Counted from the stretch's first letter, positions 30,071-40,809 are shown. The stretch is DNA of 64,000 nucleotides from Promethearchaeota archaeon (GCA_030599585.1 JAUVNS010000004.1:287087-351086), one strand, 5' to 3'. Numbers and translations: made by a program. Notes: generated by a model not told the origin, from the letters alone.

Positions 30071-30496
30071 CTATTCTACAATGTTACTAAGTGATTTTGG
30101 TGGGTTATCCGAAAAATACATCTGAATAGAAGAGATATCGAGTTCGCTCAAAGTTGCTTCTTTTTTACATGATGCTACTAAGATACTCTTTTGATTAAGT
30201 TGTTGTATTAAGATTAATCCGTTACTACAATCAACCAAAATACGTTTTAGATCACTCGTTGTTATCTCACTAATAAGTTCTTGACCGATATATTTCAAGG
30301 CAGTACACATTCCGGATACAAGAGTTTGATCGGTAAATCCCTTAATAGAAGAGGCGAGAGCAATTGGTAATCCTTCATTGCTCACAACGATGAGTTCGTT
30401 AATATTATCATTTTCGCTACACAAATATTCTAAATATTCTGCTAAATCAGAATTCATGAACATAACCTTGGTTTTCGCTAAGAAAAATTTAACCAA
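30071..30496 (-). CDS. Roadblock/LC7 (MglB-like) domain protein
   Basis: IVVSNEGLPIA...LVSGM..AL...G..L..E.....L..ILV....G.ILI; start may be the internal Met (MNSDL). Confidence 0.85.
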   Translation of the reverse strand: MVKFFLAKTKVMFMNSDLAEYLEYLCSENDNINELIVVSNEGLPIALASSIKGFTDQTLVSGMCTALKYIGQELISEITTSDLKRILVDCSNGLILIQQLNQKSILVASCKKEATLSELDISSIQMYFSDNPPKSLSNIVE

Positions 30497-30739
30497 AAGA
30501 TATTAAGCAAACTAGATATATATGCCTTTGTGTTGAGAATGTTTTTTAAAAATGAATTTATTTATCATTTTATGAAGTTTGATTGATTAAATAAAACTGT
30601 TCTATATAAAGTATAACAAATTTTAATGGATTATCCTCGATTGCTCATTACATAGAGAGTGTGAAATTTCGTTTAAGGTTTAAATGTCATGATTTATTTT
30701 ACTAATCAATAATAAAATAATGATTAATAGCATTTTAAA

Positions 30740-31693
30740 GTGAAATTGTCTATGAAGATTGAAAAATCAAGCCAAGATCTTGAAAATGAAGTTATTTATG
30801 GAGGATTATGCATTCATTGTGGAAGTTGTAACGCTTTCTGTCCACACATGGATTTCAATAAAGAAACTGGGCTAGCATATGTAGTAGATGAATGTGCTGA
30901 GACAGTAGGTCTGTGTTATAATGCCTGTCCACGTAGTTTTCTCCCGATTTCTGAAATCGAGCAAAAAATGTTCGGTCAAACACGCGTTGATTTAGGAGTG
31001 GGAGTTTATAAAGATATAATCCAAGTAAAATCTAAAAATAAAGATAAAATTCTTTATAATTTAGTGCTAGCTGCTTTTGAATCTGGAGTAACAAAACATT
31101 TTGTTTTAGGAGAACCTAAAAGCCAAAAACCACCCGTATCTTTTCCTGTAGTTGTTGACAATGCGAGTGATGCGAAAAAATATATTCCCGAAAAAACTAT
31201 GGATATGGCTGGTCCTTTGGTAACGGGAATCGGTCAGGCTTACTTAGAGAGGAAACGAGATATTGGAATTCTCGGAAACCCTTGCCATCTTCAAGGACTC
31301 GCTAAGATACTAACGAGCGATTTTAATACAGGAGCGGAAAGAACTACTCTAAAAATTGCCTTTGCTTGTTCCTCTGGAGGAATGACTGGTTGTAAATATT
31401 GTACTGATTTTACTGGTGAATTTTCAGATATTTCTTATAGCCCATGGGGAGCTCCAAAAGGTTCAGGAGAAGCCTTTTTAATAATAAGAACGGATATAGG
31501 GCAAAAAGTTGTAGATCACGCGATAAAAAATAAATTGCTCGAAATAACGAGCAAGGAACCAGATCTTAGCGAAATGAAGAAGTTCCTTAACAGGAAAAGA
31601 AGGAAAAACTTTATAAATTTACTCGGTAAAGACTTAATTACAGCTAAATATCTCCAGTTAAATGTTGATGAATTTAGAGATATTCTTGAATAA
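30740..31693 (+). CDS. F420 hydrogenase/dehydrogenase beta-subunit-like (FrhB/FdhB) protein with N-terminal ferredoxin motifs
   Basis: L..EVI..GLCIHCGSC.AFCP, C....LCY.ACPR, G.PC, GCKYCTDF..E.SDIS, .IRT..G. Confidence 0.85.
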   Translation: MKLSMKIEKSSQDLENEVIYGGLCIHCGSCNAFCPHMDFNKETGLAYVVDECAETVGLCYNACPRSFLPISEIEQKMFGQTRVDLGVGVYKDIIQVKSKNKDKILYNLVLAAFESGVTKHFVLGEPKSQKPPVSFPVVVDNASDAKKYIPEKTMDMAGPLVTGIGQAYLERKRDIGILGNPCHLQGLAKILTSDFNTGAERTTLKIAFACSSGGMTGCKYCTDFTGEFSDISYSPWGAPKGSGEAFLIIRTDIGQKVVDHAIKNKLLEITSKEPDLSEMKKFLNRKRRKNFINLLGKDLITAKYLQLNVDEFRDILE

Positions 31694-31707
31694 GAGTTAT
31701 TAATGAG

Positions 31708-32250
31708 TTAAATTAACTCTCTTTTTTTTAACATTGCTTCTACTAAAGTTTCAAAAAGATTAGTATTATTATCTCCAGTTTTAGAACTCGTTTCTATCAG
31801 AAATGGTATATTGTGTTCGTTCTTGAATTCTTCAGCTTCTTCTTTTTGAACCGTCCTTCTAGAGTCTGAAAGGTCGGCTTTTCCTCCAACCATGATGAAA
31901 ATTGGATCTTTCGTATTCTCTTCTACTACATCATACCATTCTTGAAGGTTCTGAAAGCTAGTATATCTCGAAATGTCGTAACAGAGTATACAACCTTGTG
32001 CTCCTCTAGAATAGTTCGGCAGGAAAAATCGGAATCTTTTTTCGCCAGCAAAATCCCATATTTGAAGCTTAATATCCGTATTGTCTCTCGTTGTGCTCCA
32101 TGTCAGCAAATCTGTTCCTATCGTTATTTTCATGGGCACGAAATGGCCGGTAATTAGCCTCTGTATCATAGTGCTCTTTCCAACACCACCATCACCGACT
32201 ACAACGATTTTAAATAAATACTGGCGTTTTTGATCAGATTGTTGCGACAT
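31708..32250 (-). CDS. Rab-like small GTPase
   Basis: Y.FKIVVVGDGGVGKS, TIG.D, KLQIWDFAGE.RFR, Y.RGA.G.IL.YD, GKAD, ETSSK. Confidence 0.93.
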   Translation of the reverse strand: MSQQSDQKRQYLFKIVVVGDGGVGKSTMIQRLITGHFVPMKITIGTDLLTWSTTRDNTDIKLQIWDFAGEKRFRFFLPNYSRGAQGCILCYDISRYTSFQNLQEWYDVVEENTKDPIFIMVGGKADLSDSRRTVQKEEAEEFKNEHNIPFLIETSSKTGDNNTNLFETLVEAMLKKRELI

Positions 32251-32331
32251 TTTTGCGAATTTTACTGTAAGTTGTTTGCAATAGATTGTAATAATAATAT
32301 GTTTTTTTTTTTTAAACTTTTATTCAATAAT

Positions 32332-33201
32332 TTATTCACTACTGAAATCTCTATAGTATTTTTGATTTATATTTTTTAATGTTTCAATAATATTGTTTTG
32401 CTTGCTTTCTGGTAATAATTGCAGCTTTTCTATTAATTCAGAGGGGTTTATGTTAGATATCATTTTATAAACAAAGTATAAAAGTAAGATAGCTATCAGT
32501 GGAGAAATTACTATAATTAGAAATGAAATTACTGAGATTTTCAACGGCAATGAACTCTCGATTCCCGTCCCTGGAAGGATATACAAAATTCCAAGAAAGC
32601 CATTAATTTCAGTCGAAGTTACTATAAGCAGGTTTAAAATGTTTAAAAGGATAAATGTACCTAAGTTTACTAGGTAAAATAGCTTAAACTTTTTAAGATT
32701 TAAACGATGTATTAATATCGCAGAATCTCCTTCAATATTACCGCTAATTTTAATGGTTATTTTTGCATATTTCCAAATATCAATTAAAATCCAATAAAAC
32801 CCAAATGTGTATATGAAATTAAATAGAATATTAAAAAATATATCATAAGTCTGAATGAGTTGGGGATGATAATACGATTCACCCCCAATCCAAAAAAGTA
32901 ATATTAATTGTAATAAAGAAGTAAAAATCAATCTATTAGCATGCTTTTTTTCTAATCCAAGAGGATTGTATGTGATTGTGTTATCATATATTGATAATCT
33001 CCATTTATTAGCATTAATTAATCGAAAAAATAGAGAAAAAGTGTAAGTTATTACCGGAAAAAGCAGTAAAAAGATGTTTTTCCATGATTGAGCCAAAATA
33101 AATAGGTAAAACACAACAAAAATAATTAGATCTCGGAGTAAAGATTCATTGAGTAATTTTCTCAAAGGCAAGAACTCTTCTTTAGTATTCTTTCCACTCA
33201 T
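32332..33201 (-). CDS. Hypothetical multi-pass membrane protein
   Basis: About 6 hydrophobic segments in 289 aa. Confidence 0.7.
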   Translation of the reverse strand: MSGKNTKEEFLPLRKLLNESLLRDLIIFVVFYLFILAQSWKNIFLLLFPVITYTFSLFFRLINANKWRLSIYDNTITYNPLGLEKKHANRLIFTSLLQLILLFWIGGESYYHPQLIQTYDIFFNILFNFIYTFGFYWILIDIWKYAKITIKISGNIEGDSAILIHRLNLKKFKLFYLVNLGTFILLNILNLLIVTSTEINGFLGILYILPGTGIESSLPLKISVISFLIIVISPLIAILLLYFVYKMISNINPSELIEKLQLLPESKQNNIIETLKNINQKYYRDFSSE

Positions 33202-33303
33202 TTTTTTATAAAATTAAGCATTAATAAATAAATTTATTAAGTCTTTACAAATATTAACTCTGTTTTTTTAATTAAGATTATAAGATAACCAACGAATTTT
33301 ATT

Positions 33304-35499
33304 ATGAAATTTTGCCCGAACTGTGAAAAAGTATTATTTCCTACTAATAATCAACTTTATTGTAAAAATTGTTCTCTCTTTTATGTTCTAAAAAAGGGAA
33401 AATTAGTAGTAAAAAATGACAACGATTTATTAAGCGAAATTAATTTTGCTGGTTCCGATGATAACAAATCTGAAGCGGAATATAAAAAAAAATCAAATAA
33501 AGACACGAGTCATTCAAAACCTCAAAAAACCAGTTATCTAACCTTTTTTCCTTATGAGCATTTTAGAAGAGACCAAGAGAGGATTATAAAACAAATCGAA
33601 AAAGCTTCGGTTGAAAAAAAAAATTCTTTACTTGCAGCACCGAACGGAACAGGTAAGACCATTATCGCTTTAAGCGCCATATTACCCTTAGCATTTAAAA
33701 AAAATTTAAAGATACTATATTTGTGTCGCACTCACTCCCAAAACACTCGGATTATCAAGGAACTTACAAAAATTTCTACTGATTTGAGAAATAATGATAT
33801 TAATATTAAGGTTAACGGACTTTCTATTCGGGGAAGGAACGAAATGTGCCTTAATGAAGTACTTTTGTCTTTGAAACTTAATCCCCGAGAATCAATGGCT
33901 GTGTGTTCAGATTTAAGAAAAAATAGGAGCTGCAAGTTTTTTCTCAACCTAATTAAAAAGAGAGATCAATACGATAATTTAATTAATATCGCTCCTGAAA
34001 TTTTCAATAAACCAGTAGATGCTGAAGATTTAATAAAATTTTGTATGGACAAAAAATTATGTCCTTATTTTTTGAGCAAATTTCTCTTAAAAGATATGAA
34101 ACTGATAATATGCAATTATCAATGGTTGTTCAACCCTTTTATCCGGCAGAATTTTTTGCAATTTATAAATAAAGAATTAACTAACTGCATTTTAATAATT
34201 GACGAATGCCATAATGTTATTGATGTAGCCACTGAAGTTAACTCCGATAGGATAACCCCGTATGCGCTTAGATTATGCTTAAAAGATCTTGAGATATATC
34301 GTTCACCACCTATTATGCAAACATTCGTGAAAGCTCTTATAAGTCACTTAGATAAAAAAAAGAAAAGCCTTCATTCAGAAAAAGAAATAGACGCTGAGAG
34401 ATTTTTAGCTCAAGTGTACTCTTCCTTGCGCTTTGAAAATTTAAATGAGTTTAAAAATCTCATTAAGGACTTACTAGATTTTAGTGCATCTATTCACGAG
34501 GAGAAGTTAGCTAATGGGGACATTTCAAGAGATTTTTTAGGCTCTTTAGCAAGTTTCTGGACTAAATGGATAAGATGTTATCTACTGGAAAATTATTTCT
34601 TCTGTTATAATGTCAAACAGATTAAAGGAAAGTCTATAATTTCTATAGAAATAGTTGCATTAGATCCTCGAGAAATTGTTATTCCTATTTTGAAAGAATG
34701 CTATACGAGCTTGCATCTTTCAGGAACCGTAAATCCATACGTATATAATAATTTAATGGGTTTACAACAGAGTGGAAAAAGTTACATGGGCATAGTCGCG
34801 GAATCTCCATTTCAAAGACAAAATATTAAGGCTATTATAACTGAAGGCGTGGATACTCGTAGAAACTCTAGAAATCCTTCAATGTTTAAAAAGATGCTCT
34901 CTAAAATTGAAGAAGTTATAAGTAGCACCCCAGCAAATGTCGGTATATTTTGTGCATCGTACAAAGTTCTAAATGCTTTAGCTAATAGCGGAATTGAATC
35001 TATAGCTATGAACCATGACAAGAAGTTATTTATTGAGGAACCGGGTCTTTCTGCCTCTGAAAATGCTTATTTAATAACTGATTTTAAGTCCACAGCTTCT
35101 AAACCCCGTAATGGAGCAGTTTTATTAGGGGTGTGTGGCGGACGAAATTCAGAAGGAGAAGATTATCCGGGGGATCATATGAATGCTGTAATCGTCGCTG
35201 GCTTTCCTTATCACTTACCTACTCCTCGTGTTGAAGCTAAAATTAAATATTACGATAAAGTTTTTAACGATCAAGGATGGAATTTTGCTTATCTCTATCC
35301 CGCTATTCAACGTGCAAATCAAGCTGCTGGGCGCCCAATAAGAAAGTTAAAAGATAAAGGTGCTATAATCTTTATGGATTTCCGCTTTAAACAAAAATCC
35401 AAATGGATTGCTGAGTGGATAAGAAAAGAATTAGAAATTATTCCAGATAGACCTAAAATTCTCTTCCAAAATCTAAATATTTTCTGGAAATCTAATTAA
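33304..35499 (+). CDS. XPD/Rad3 family Fe-S DNA helicase with N-terminal Zn ribbon
   Basis: FPY..FR..Q, APNGTGKT, RTHSQ, Fe-S Cys (RNEMC, AVC, SC, LCPY), DECHN, SGT, GGRNSEG.D, QAAGR.IR...D.G. Confidence 0.95.
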   Translation: MKFCPNCEKVLFPTNNQLYCKNCSLFYVLKKGKLVVKNDNDLLSEINFAGSDDNKSEAEYKKKSNKDTSHSKPQKTSYLTFFPYEHFRRDQERIIKQIEKASVEKKNSLLAAPNGTGKTIIALSAILPLAFKKNLKILYLCRTHSQNTRIIKELTKISTDLRNNDINIKVNGLSIRGRNEMCLNEVLLSLKLNPRESMAVCSDLRKNRSCKFFLNLIKKRDQYDNLINIAPEIFNKPVDAEDLIKFCMDKKLCPYFLSKFLLKDMKLIICNYQWLFNPFIRQNFLQFINKELTNCILIIDECHNVIDVATEVNSDRITPYALRLCLKDLEIYRSPPIMQTFVKALISHLDKKKKSLHSEKEIDAERFLAQVYSSLRFENLNEFKNLIKDLLDFSASIHEEKLANGDISRDFLGSLASFWTKWIRCYLLENYFFCYNVKQIKGKSIISIEIVALDPREIVIPILKECYTSLHLSGTVNPYVYNNLMGLQQSGKSYMGIVAESPFQRQNIKAIITEGVDTRRNSRNPSMFKKMLSKIEEVISSTPANVGIFCASYKVLNALANSGIESIAMNHDKKLFIEEPGLSASENAYLITDFKSTASKPRNGAVLLGVCGGRNSEGEDYPGDHMNAVIVAGFPYHLPTPRVEAKIKYYDKVFNDQGWNFAYLYPAIQRANQAAGRPIRKLKDKGAIIFMDFRFKQKSKWIAEWIRKELEIIPDRPKILFQNLNIFWKSN

Positions 35500-35525
35500 T
35501 TTTTTCTTAATAATACGGTTAAAGC

Positions 35526-37322
35526 TTAGGAACTTAAATTTTCGTATAAAAGAGTTAATTTTTTAGAAACCAAGCTCCATGTAAAATGTTCTTTTACCCT
35601 TCTGTAACAATTTTCTTTGAGAGTGTAAAAAAATTGAGGATTTAGAAGAACATGCGATTTTATTACTTCGTCAGGTATTTGATTAACGATCTCAAGCGTA
35701 TCAGTGTCAAAAATTGTATGACTTTCAGAAGTTTTAACCAAATGAGCGACTTCTTGAGATTTAAATAATGAAATTAAAGCTTTTGCGAATTGGTCAGGAT
35801 TATCTTTATCAATTAAAATCCCCGTACCCGTTTTTGGATTCACTACAGCATCAACCATAGTTTCTTGCAAACCCCCTACCTTTGTGGCGATAATAGGGAT
35901 TTTACATGCCATCGCTTCGAGTGCCATAATACCAAAAGGCTCCCATCTCGATAAAGCGCAATAAACATCCGCAGATAAATGGGCTAAGTAAAAAATGTCT
36001 GAAGCTACACCAAAAATGATTCTGATGTTCTGGGGATATTGTTTCACGAATTGTGAATATGTTTTAATTTCATTTATACTATAATCCGTAGGGAGTATCA
36101 AAAAAAGAAATTTCGCGTTAGGCAGAACCTTCAAAACTTCTGGAACAGCTTTAAAAATAGTATCAAATCCCTTTTGGGGTGAAACTCTGCCTGTTGTTAA
36201 AACTAAAGGGCCCGAATCCAAAAAAGCTTTAATGTTACCGTTTTTGACGAACGGATTTCCATTCGAGATTTCATTTATAGTGTTTAACACGTTTTGGGAA
36301 CTAATTAGTGGACTTTGGCTGAGATTTCCGATTTTATACTCCAATAGAAATCTCTTCATATTCTGTTCATTAATCTCAGTAGTGTCGTTAATTTGCAAAA
36401 ACCGACGAATCTCCTTCCCATGAATCTCAATAACTTGATTAAAAATTTCATAATAATCCCAATCAGTTCCATCATATATAAAATCTCCTTTGAATTCTAT
36501 TAATGCCTTCCCACATTTTGGTATGATATCGGAATTTAAATACGATTCGCTTACAGTAGTCACTATATCCGAAATAATAGCTCCGATTTTTTCAACGATC
36601 GGCATTCTAAATTCTGTTCCATTAATTTTGTCGAGTTGAGAGATTTGCACAATTTGGTTCAAGTTTAACATTTTAAATCCGCTGCTAAGCAGAACTCTGA
36701 TCGGTGCGTCATCTATTGCACAAATTCTGTAAAAATTATATTCGAACCTAGGCTTAGTCATTAAGTGGATGGTTAATAATGATGCAACTTTCAACCCATT
36801 TCTTGCTAATACTTGTTTCATCCCGAAAAAGGCCAATACTACATGATAATCGTGTAAATGTACTATGTCTGGAATATCACTTTTACTGTTTTCCAAGAAA
36901 TAGCGTGTTAAACAACGAATTCCTAGACTAAATAGCGAAATTTTTCCCATTATGGTATTTGGATTATATACCGTGTTATCATCTAAGAATTTGGATGTAA
37001 ATGAATTATCGCCAGATAATAAAATTATTTCAACATTATCTTTTTTAAATTTATAAAACGAGATGTTATACTTCGCATCTTTTTCTTTTATTCCAAACAG
37101 CGTAGGGTTTATAGTTCCAACGCAGGTGAATGGTAGTTTTTCCAAAGCGTATTTACTTTTTAGACCTTCAACCTTTCCATGTGAGGGCATAAATACGGTA
37201 ATATCGAACTGCTCAGATAAATATTTCGCCTGATTTGCTGGTACTTCTCCAAGCCCCCCAACTTTTGCTACACCGGCATATTCAAATGAGAAAATCCACA
37301 CGCTTTTCTTATTTTCCATCAA
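35526..37322 (-). CDS. Glycogen/starch synthase-like glycosyltransferase (GT5)
   Basis: FE...AKVGGLG.V, H.HDYH, TIH, TTVS.SY, GR...QKG.D, S.WEPFG..ALEAM. Confidence 0.88.
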   Translation of the reverse strand: MMENKKSVWIFSFEYAGVAKVGGLGEVPANQAKYLSEQFDITVFMPSHGKVEGLKSKYALEKLPFTCVGTINPTLFGIKEKDAKYNISFYKFKKDNVEIILLSGDNSFTSKFLDDNTVYNPNTIMGKISLFSLGIRCLTRYFLENSKSDIPDIVHLHDYHVVLAFFGMKQVLARNGLKVASLLTIHLMTKPRFEYNFYRICAIDDAPIRVLLSSGFKMLNLNQIVQISQLDKINGTEFRMPIVEKIGAIISDIVTTVSESYLNSDIIPKCGKALIEFKGDFIYDGTDWDYYEIFNQVIEIHGKEIRRFLQINDTTEINEQNMKRFLLEYKIGNLSQSPLISSQNVLNTINEISNGNPFVKNGNIKAFLDSGPLVLTTGRVSPQKGFDTIFKAVPEVLKVLPNAKFLFLILPTDYSINEIKTYSQFVKQYPQNIRIIFGVASDIFYLAHLSADVYCALSRWEPFGIMALEAMACKIPIIATKVGGLQETMVDAVVNPKTGTGILIDKDNPDQFAKALISLFKSQEVAHLVKTSESHTIFDTDTLEIVNQIPDEVIKSHVLLNPQFFYTLKENCYRRVKEHFTWSLVSKKLTLLYENLSS

Positions 37323-37625
37323 TTTAACTCATTTTTTTTGAAACTTAAATTACAGAAAAAAAGCCTAAAAAATCAATATTTGTATTCATATAGTTATTTG
37401 ACTTAAACTATTATTTTTATAAAAGGTTAATCAAAAATAATTGTTGTTTGAAACATTAGCAAGAATAAAAAAATCAATTTAAAAATCAGAGTAAATGGAA
37501 TCAATGTTTAATTTGCAAAGTTGGTGATTTTTTTTTTTAAACTATTACTTAATCAAATTATAAAAACTTTCTATCATTTTTTCTAAGATATAAAGAAAAA
37601 TGTATATATTATACGAGGAAATAAA

Positions 37626-38834
37626 ATGTGTGATACTTTAGTAGCATTAGGAAATTCTACGGAAGATGGTAATGTAATATTCGGAAAAAATAGCGATAGA
37701 CCTCAAGCTGAAGCTCAATTAATAACCTTCAATCCTAAAAAACATTATTCTAAAGGAGACGAAGTAAAGTGTACGTATATTTCTATACCACAAGCAAAAG
37801 AAACAGCGTCGTTAATTATGAGTCAACCGTTCTGGATGTTCGGTTGTGAAATGGGATCAAATGAACATGGAGTCGTAATAGGAAATGAAGCGGTGCATTC
37901 AAAAGAAAAATATCAAGAAACGGGATTATTAGGTATGGATTTGCTCCGATTAGGTTTAGAACGTGGCAAATCAGCAAAAGAAGCTCTGGAAGTAATTACC
38001 GGTTTATTAGAAAGATATGGACAAGGTGGAAGTGGTGCTTACAACCAACAAGGATGGATTTATCATAACTCTTATATCATTGCAGATAATAGCGAAGCAT
38101 TCGTACTCGAAACGGCTGATAAATGGTGGATTGTAGAAAAAGTCAAAGATATTAGATCAATTTCTAACAATTTATCTATAAGAGGTAAAGGAGATATGAG
38201 ACGGAAAGGTATTATCCAACATGCTATTGATAGGATGTATTGTAAAGATGATGACGATTTTGACTTTGCAATGATTTTTTCAGATCCACAGATTCCAAAC
38301 AGTTTTTCACCAGAGTTACGAGATGGTTGTACTCTTAAAATGCTAAGAGAAAATAGAAAAATAATAACTCCTTCTTTAATGATGAATTTTTTAAGAGAAC
38401 ACGATGTAGGTATTTGTATGCATGGATCTTTTCAATCAACTGGTTCTCAAGTATCTCACATAAAAAAAAATGTAAAAAATTCAGTACATTGGTTTACTGG
38501 AGGCTCGCTTCCATGTTTAAATGTATTTATACCCTATATTTTTCCGACAGAAGGTCAAAAATTTTCCGTAAAGAAACCAGGACCTTATTCTGAAATTAAT
38601 CCCAATTGGTTTTGGTCAAGACATAAAGAATTCATTAAACCATACAAAAAACGCTCAATAAAGCCAGAAAAGCAAATTTACCTTGATAAATTGGCACAAA
38701 TTGAAAACAAGTTGATTACAGAAGAGAAAACAATCGCAAATCAAGCATCATCTTTATCAGAAGATGAATATCTAAACAAATACATTGATTTAAATAAAAA
38801 AGCATGGGAATTAGCAGAAAAGCAAATTAAATAG
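37626..38834 (+). CDS. Secernin/dipeptidase (peptidase C69, Ntn hydrolase)
   Basis: N-terminal MCDT nucleophile, FGKNSDR, P.WM.G.EMG.NE.GV.IGNEA, LLGMDLLRLGLER, YHNS..IAD. Confidence 0.92.
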   Translation: MCDTLVALGNSTEDGNVIFGKNSDRPQAEAQLITFNPKKHYSKGDEVKCTYISIPQAKETASLIMSQPFWMFGCEMGSNEHGVVIGNEAVHSKEKYQETGLLGMDLLRLGLERGKSAKEALEVITGLLERYGQGGSGAYNQQGWIYHNSYIIADNSEAFVLETADKWWIVEKVKDIRSISNNLSIRGKGDMRRKGIIQHAIDRMYCKDDDDFDFAMIFSDPQIPNSFSPELRDGCTLKMLRENRKIITPSLMMNFLREHDVGICMHGSFQSTGSQVSHIKKNVKNSVHWFTGGSLPCLNVFIPYIFPTEGQKFSVKKPGPYSEINPNWFWSRHKEFIKPYKKRSIKPEKQIYLDKLAQIENKLITEEKTIANQASSLSEDEYLNKYIDLNKKAWELAEKQIK

Positions 38835-38851
38835 ATATCTTCGACTTATTT

Positions 38852-40246
38852 CTAAGATTTTTCTTTAATTTCTTTTAATAATTTCTTCGCATTATTTTCT
38901 ATATAAACTCCACACAGAGGACTAAAGCACATAAATGGTTCATACCCGCCTTCCTTAATATACATTTCTAGTGGGAATAAATAACCTATCCAATCTTGAG
39001 TATTTTGGAAAATTAATGTGTTTTCTATCCTAGTTGGGGCATGAGAAATTAGAGTTTTTCCAATGTCTTCAAATAATTCGCCGGGAATCGTTATTATTCC
39101 AAGATTATTCCCATTAACAGCTGTAAATTTAATAAAATGTACTACTGTTTTACCGTAATTCTTTAAATTTTTGCTCTCGACGGTAAAAAATGGAAAGTTA
39201 ACAAATTTGTAATCAAATTTGGCTATTTTAAACAAGAAATATTTTTTTAATACCCACTTTACTTTATTTGAAAACCATACTTTTGAATAATATTTCGCAT
39301 CTTTCTGGGGAATTAACAATCTCTTTGTATATATATCAACTTCCGTCAATGTAGAGTAATCCTCTTTAGGAATAGACTTAGCAACCTTTAAGGCTTCCTC
39401 GGCAATTGTATAACCTATTTTTTTAGTATGCTTGTAGGTTCCAAGCTGGTCATAGGATAATGTCTTGTCTCTATCTATTTCCTCCCGATTAGTCCCTGAG
39501 GTTGTTATTGGATTCAAATCTCCAGATGGACCGTTAAAATAAATAGCTTTAATGTTTCCGCTGGTTAAATCATCAATTTTAGAAATCACCCTCCCAGGGA
39601 AATCAGCAGATAGCATATTATTTTTATGTGATAGCGTGGTCGGATGACACGCATAATTAATGATAATTCCGATTAATTTACCGTCTTCTAACTTTTTAAA
39701 AGCAATTATTCCTAAATCTGGTAAAACATTCCTCATTGGCCATCTTCGATTAAGAACAATATCAGGGTTAAAGCTTTCTTTTTTCCAAGCTATTGTGCTT
39801 GGCTCTAAATCCCCAAATAATTTACTAACCATTCTCACAATTCTATTCGTCATCCACACAATAAATCTGTCGTTTTTGTTATCGGCAAACAGCACTCCTT
39901 TTATGAATCCTAATGCTCCACCAGGATAATAAAATTCACCTGTAAGATCAAATGAGGAATGAGTGTGAGTGGCATGTAGAAATATTTCATCTGGCTTCAA
40001 GGTTTCAAATTTTAAAATCAATCTCTTTTTAATATACTCAACAATCGACAGTGGTAATTTTAATATATCAACCGAAATCATCAATAAGTGGTGTTTATTA
40101 TTACTATTACCTATGCTTAATAAAACACCATAAGCGTGGATATCATCTAATTTACCTAAACAAGGATCTTTGCGAGAATACCCCGCCATAGGTTTCCCTA
40201 CGTAATCCTTTGGTGTAATTTTTGTCCTATTAAACGCAACTTTCAT
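38852..40246 (-). CDS. Neutral/alkaline ceramidase-like protein
   Basis: ITP....MAGY, D...A, ATHTHS, NYACHPT, SADFPG, NG.SGD.NP, PGE.F..G, GY....Y..GGYE. Confidence 0.85.
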   Translation of the reverse strand: MKVAFNRTKITPKDYVGKPMAGYSRKDPCLGKLDDIHAYGVLLSIGNSNNKHHLLMISVDILKLPLSIVEYIKKRLILKFETLKPDEIFLHATHTHSSFDLTGEFYYPGGALGFIKGVLFADNKNDRFIVWMTNRIVRMVSKLFGDLEPSTIAWKKESFNPDIVLNRRWPMRNVLPDLGIIAFKKLEDGKLIGIIINYACHPTTLSHKNNMLSADFPGRVISKIDDLTSGNIKAIYFNGPSGDLNPITTSGTNREEIDRDKTLSYDQLGTYKHTKKIGYTIAEEALKVAKSIPKEDYSTLTEVDIYTKRLLIPQKDAKYYSKVWFSNKVKWVLKKYFLFKIAKFDYKFVNFPFFTVESKNLKNYGKTVVHFIKFTAVNGNNLGIITIPGELFEDIGKTLISHAPTRIENTLIFQNTQDWIGYLFPLEMYIKEGGYEPFMCFSPLCGVYIENNAKKLLKEIKEKS

Positions 40247-40390
40247 TGGATTATATTAAATGGGTTTTGCTCAAAAAGTTTTCTTTTTTAAATTCTATGA
40301 TAAAAAGAACTACAATTACGAAAATTTTTATTTTTTTAAATATTTCTTCTAACAATTAAGTAATTCTTATAATCACGGTGGTTTCTTAAA

Positions 40391-40684
40391 ATGACTTTAA
40401 ATAAATTAGAAATATTAGGCATGGAGGGTACAATCTCCAACTACAAACAAGGACGACATACTATTCACCTTAAACATTGTATAATCGTATTTCCAAGTAT
40501 CACCAATAGAAAAGAGGCAAATAAATTAATTGGAAGGACAGTTGTATGGGTAAGTTCTACGGGAAAACAATTAAAAGGGACGATTACACGAGCTCACGGC
40601 AATAATGGTGCTATTAGAGCTCATTTCAAAAAAGCTGGCGTTCCTGGGCAAGCGTTAGGCACAAAAATTAAAATAATTAAATAG
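40391..40684 (+). CDS. rpl35ae: 50S ribosomal protein L35Ae (eL33)
   Basis: G.I.NY..G.H, A.KLIGR.V.W....G....G.I.RAHG.NG..RA.F...PGQA.G. Confidence 0.95.
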   Translation: MTLNKLEILGMEGTISNYKQGRHTIHLKHCIIVFPSITNRKEANKLIGRTVVWVSSTGKQLKGTITRAHGNNGAIRAHFKKAGVPGQALGTKIKIIK

Positions 40685-40809
40685 GTCTTTTTCAATCGAT
40701 TCTTCTTTTTCATCCTATGTATATCTGAATATTACATGATACGGGAATAATATAGCTTTTTTTATGTTTTAGAATTTCTTATTCTTCTGATAAAGCGATC
40801 AAAAATTGT

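Noticed and set aside
40685-40800. Possible C/D-box sRNA after rpl35ae (CTGA and ATGAT motifs)
   Set aside because: No proper RTGATGA C box or terminal stem.
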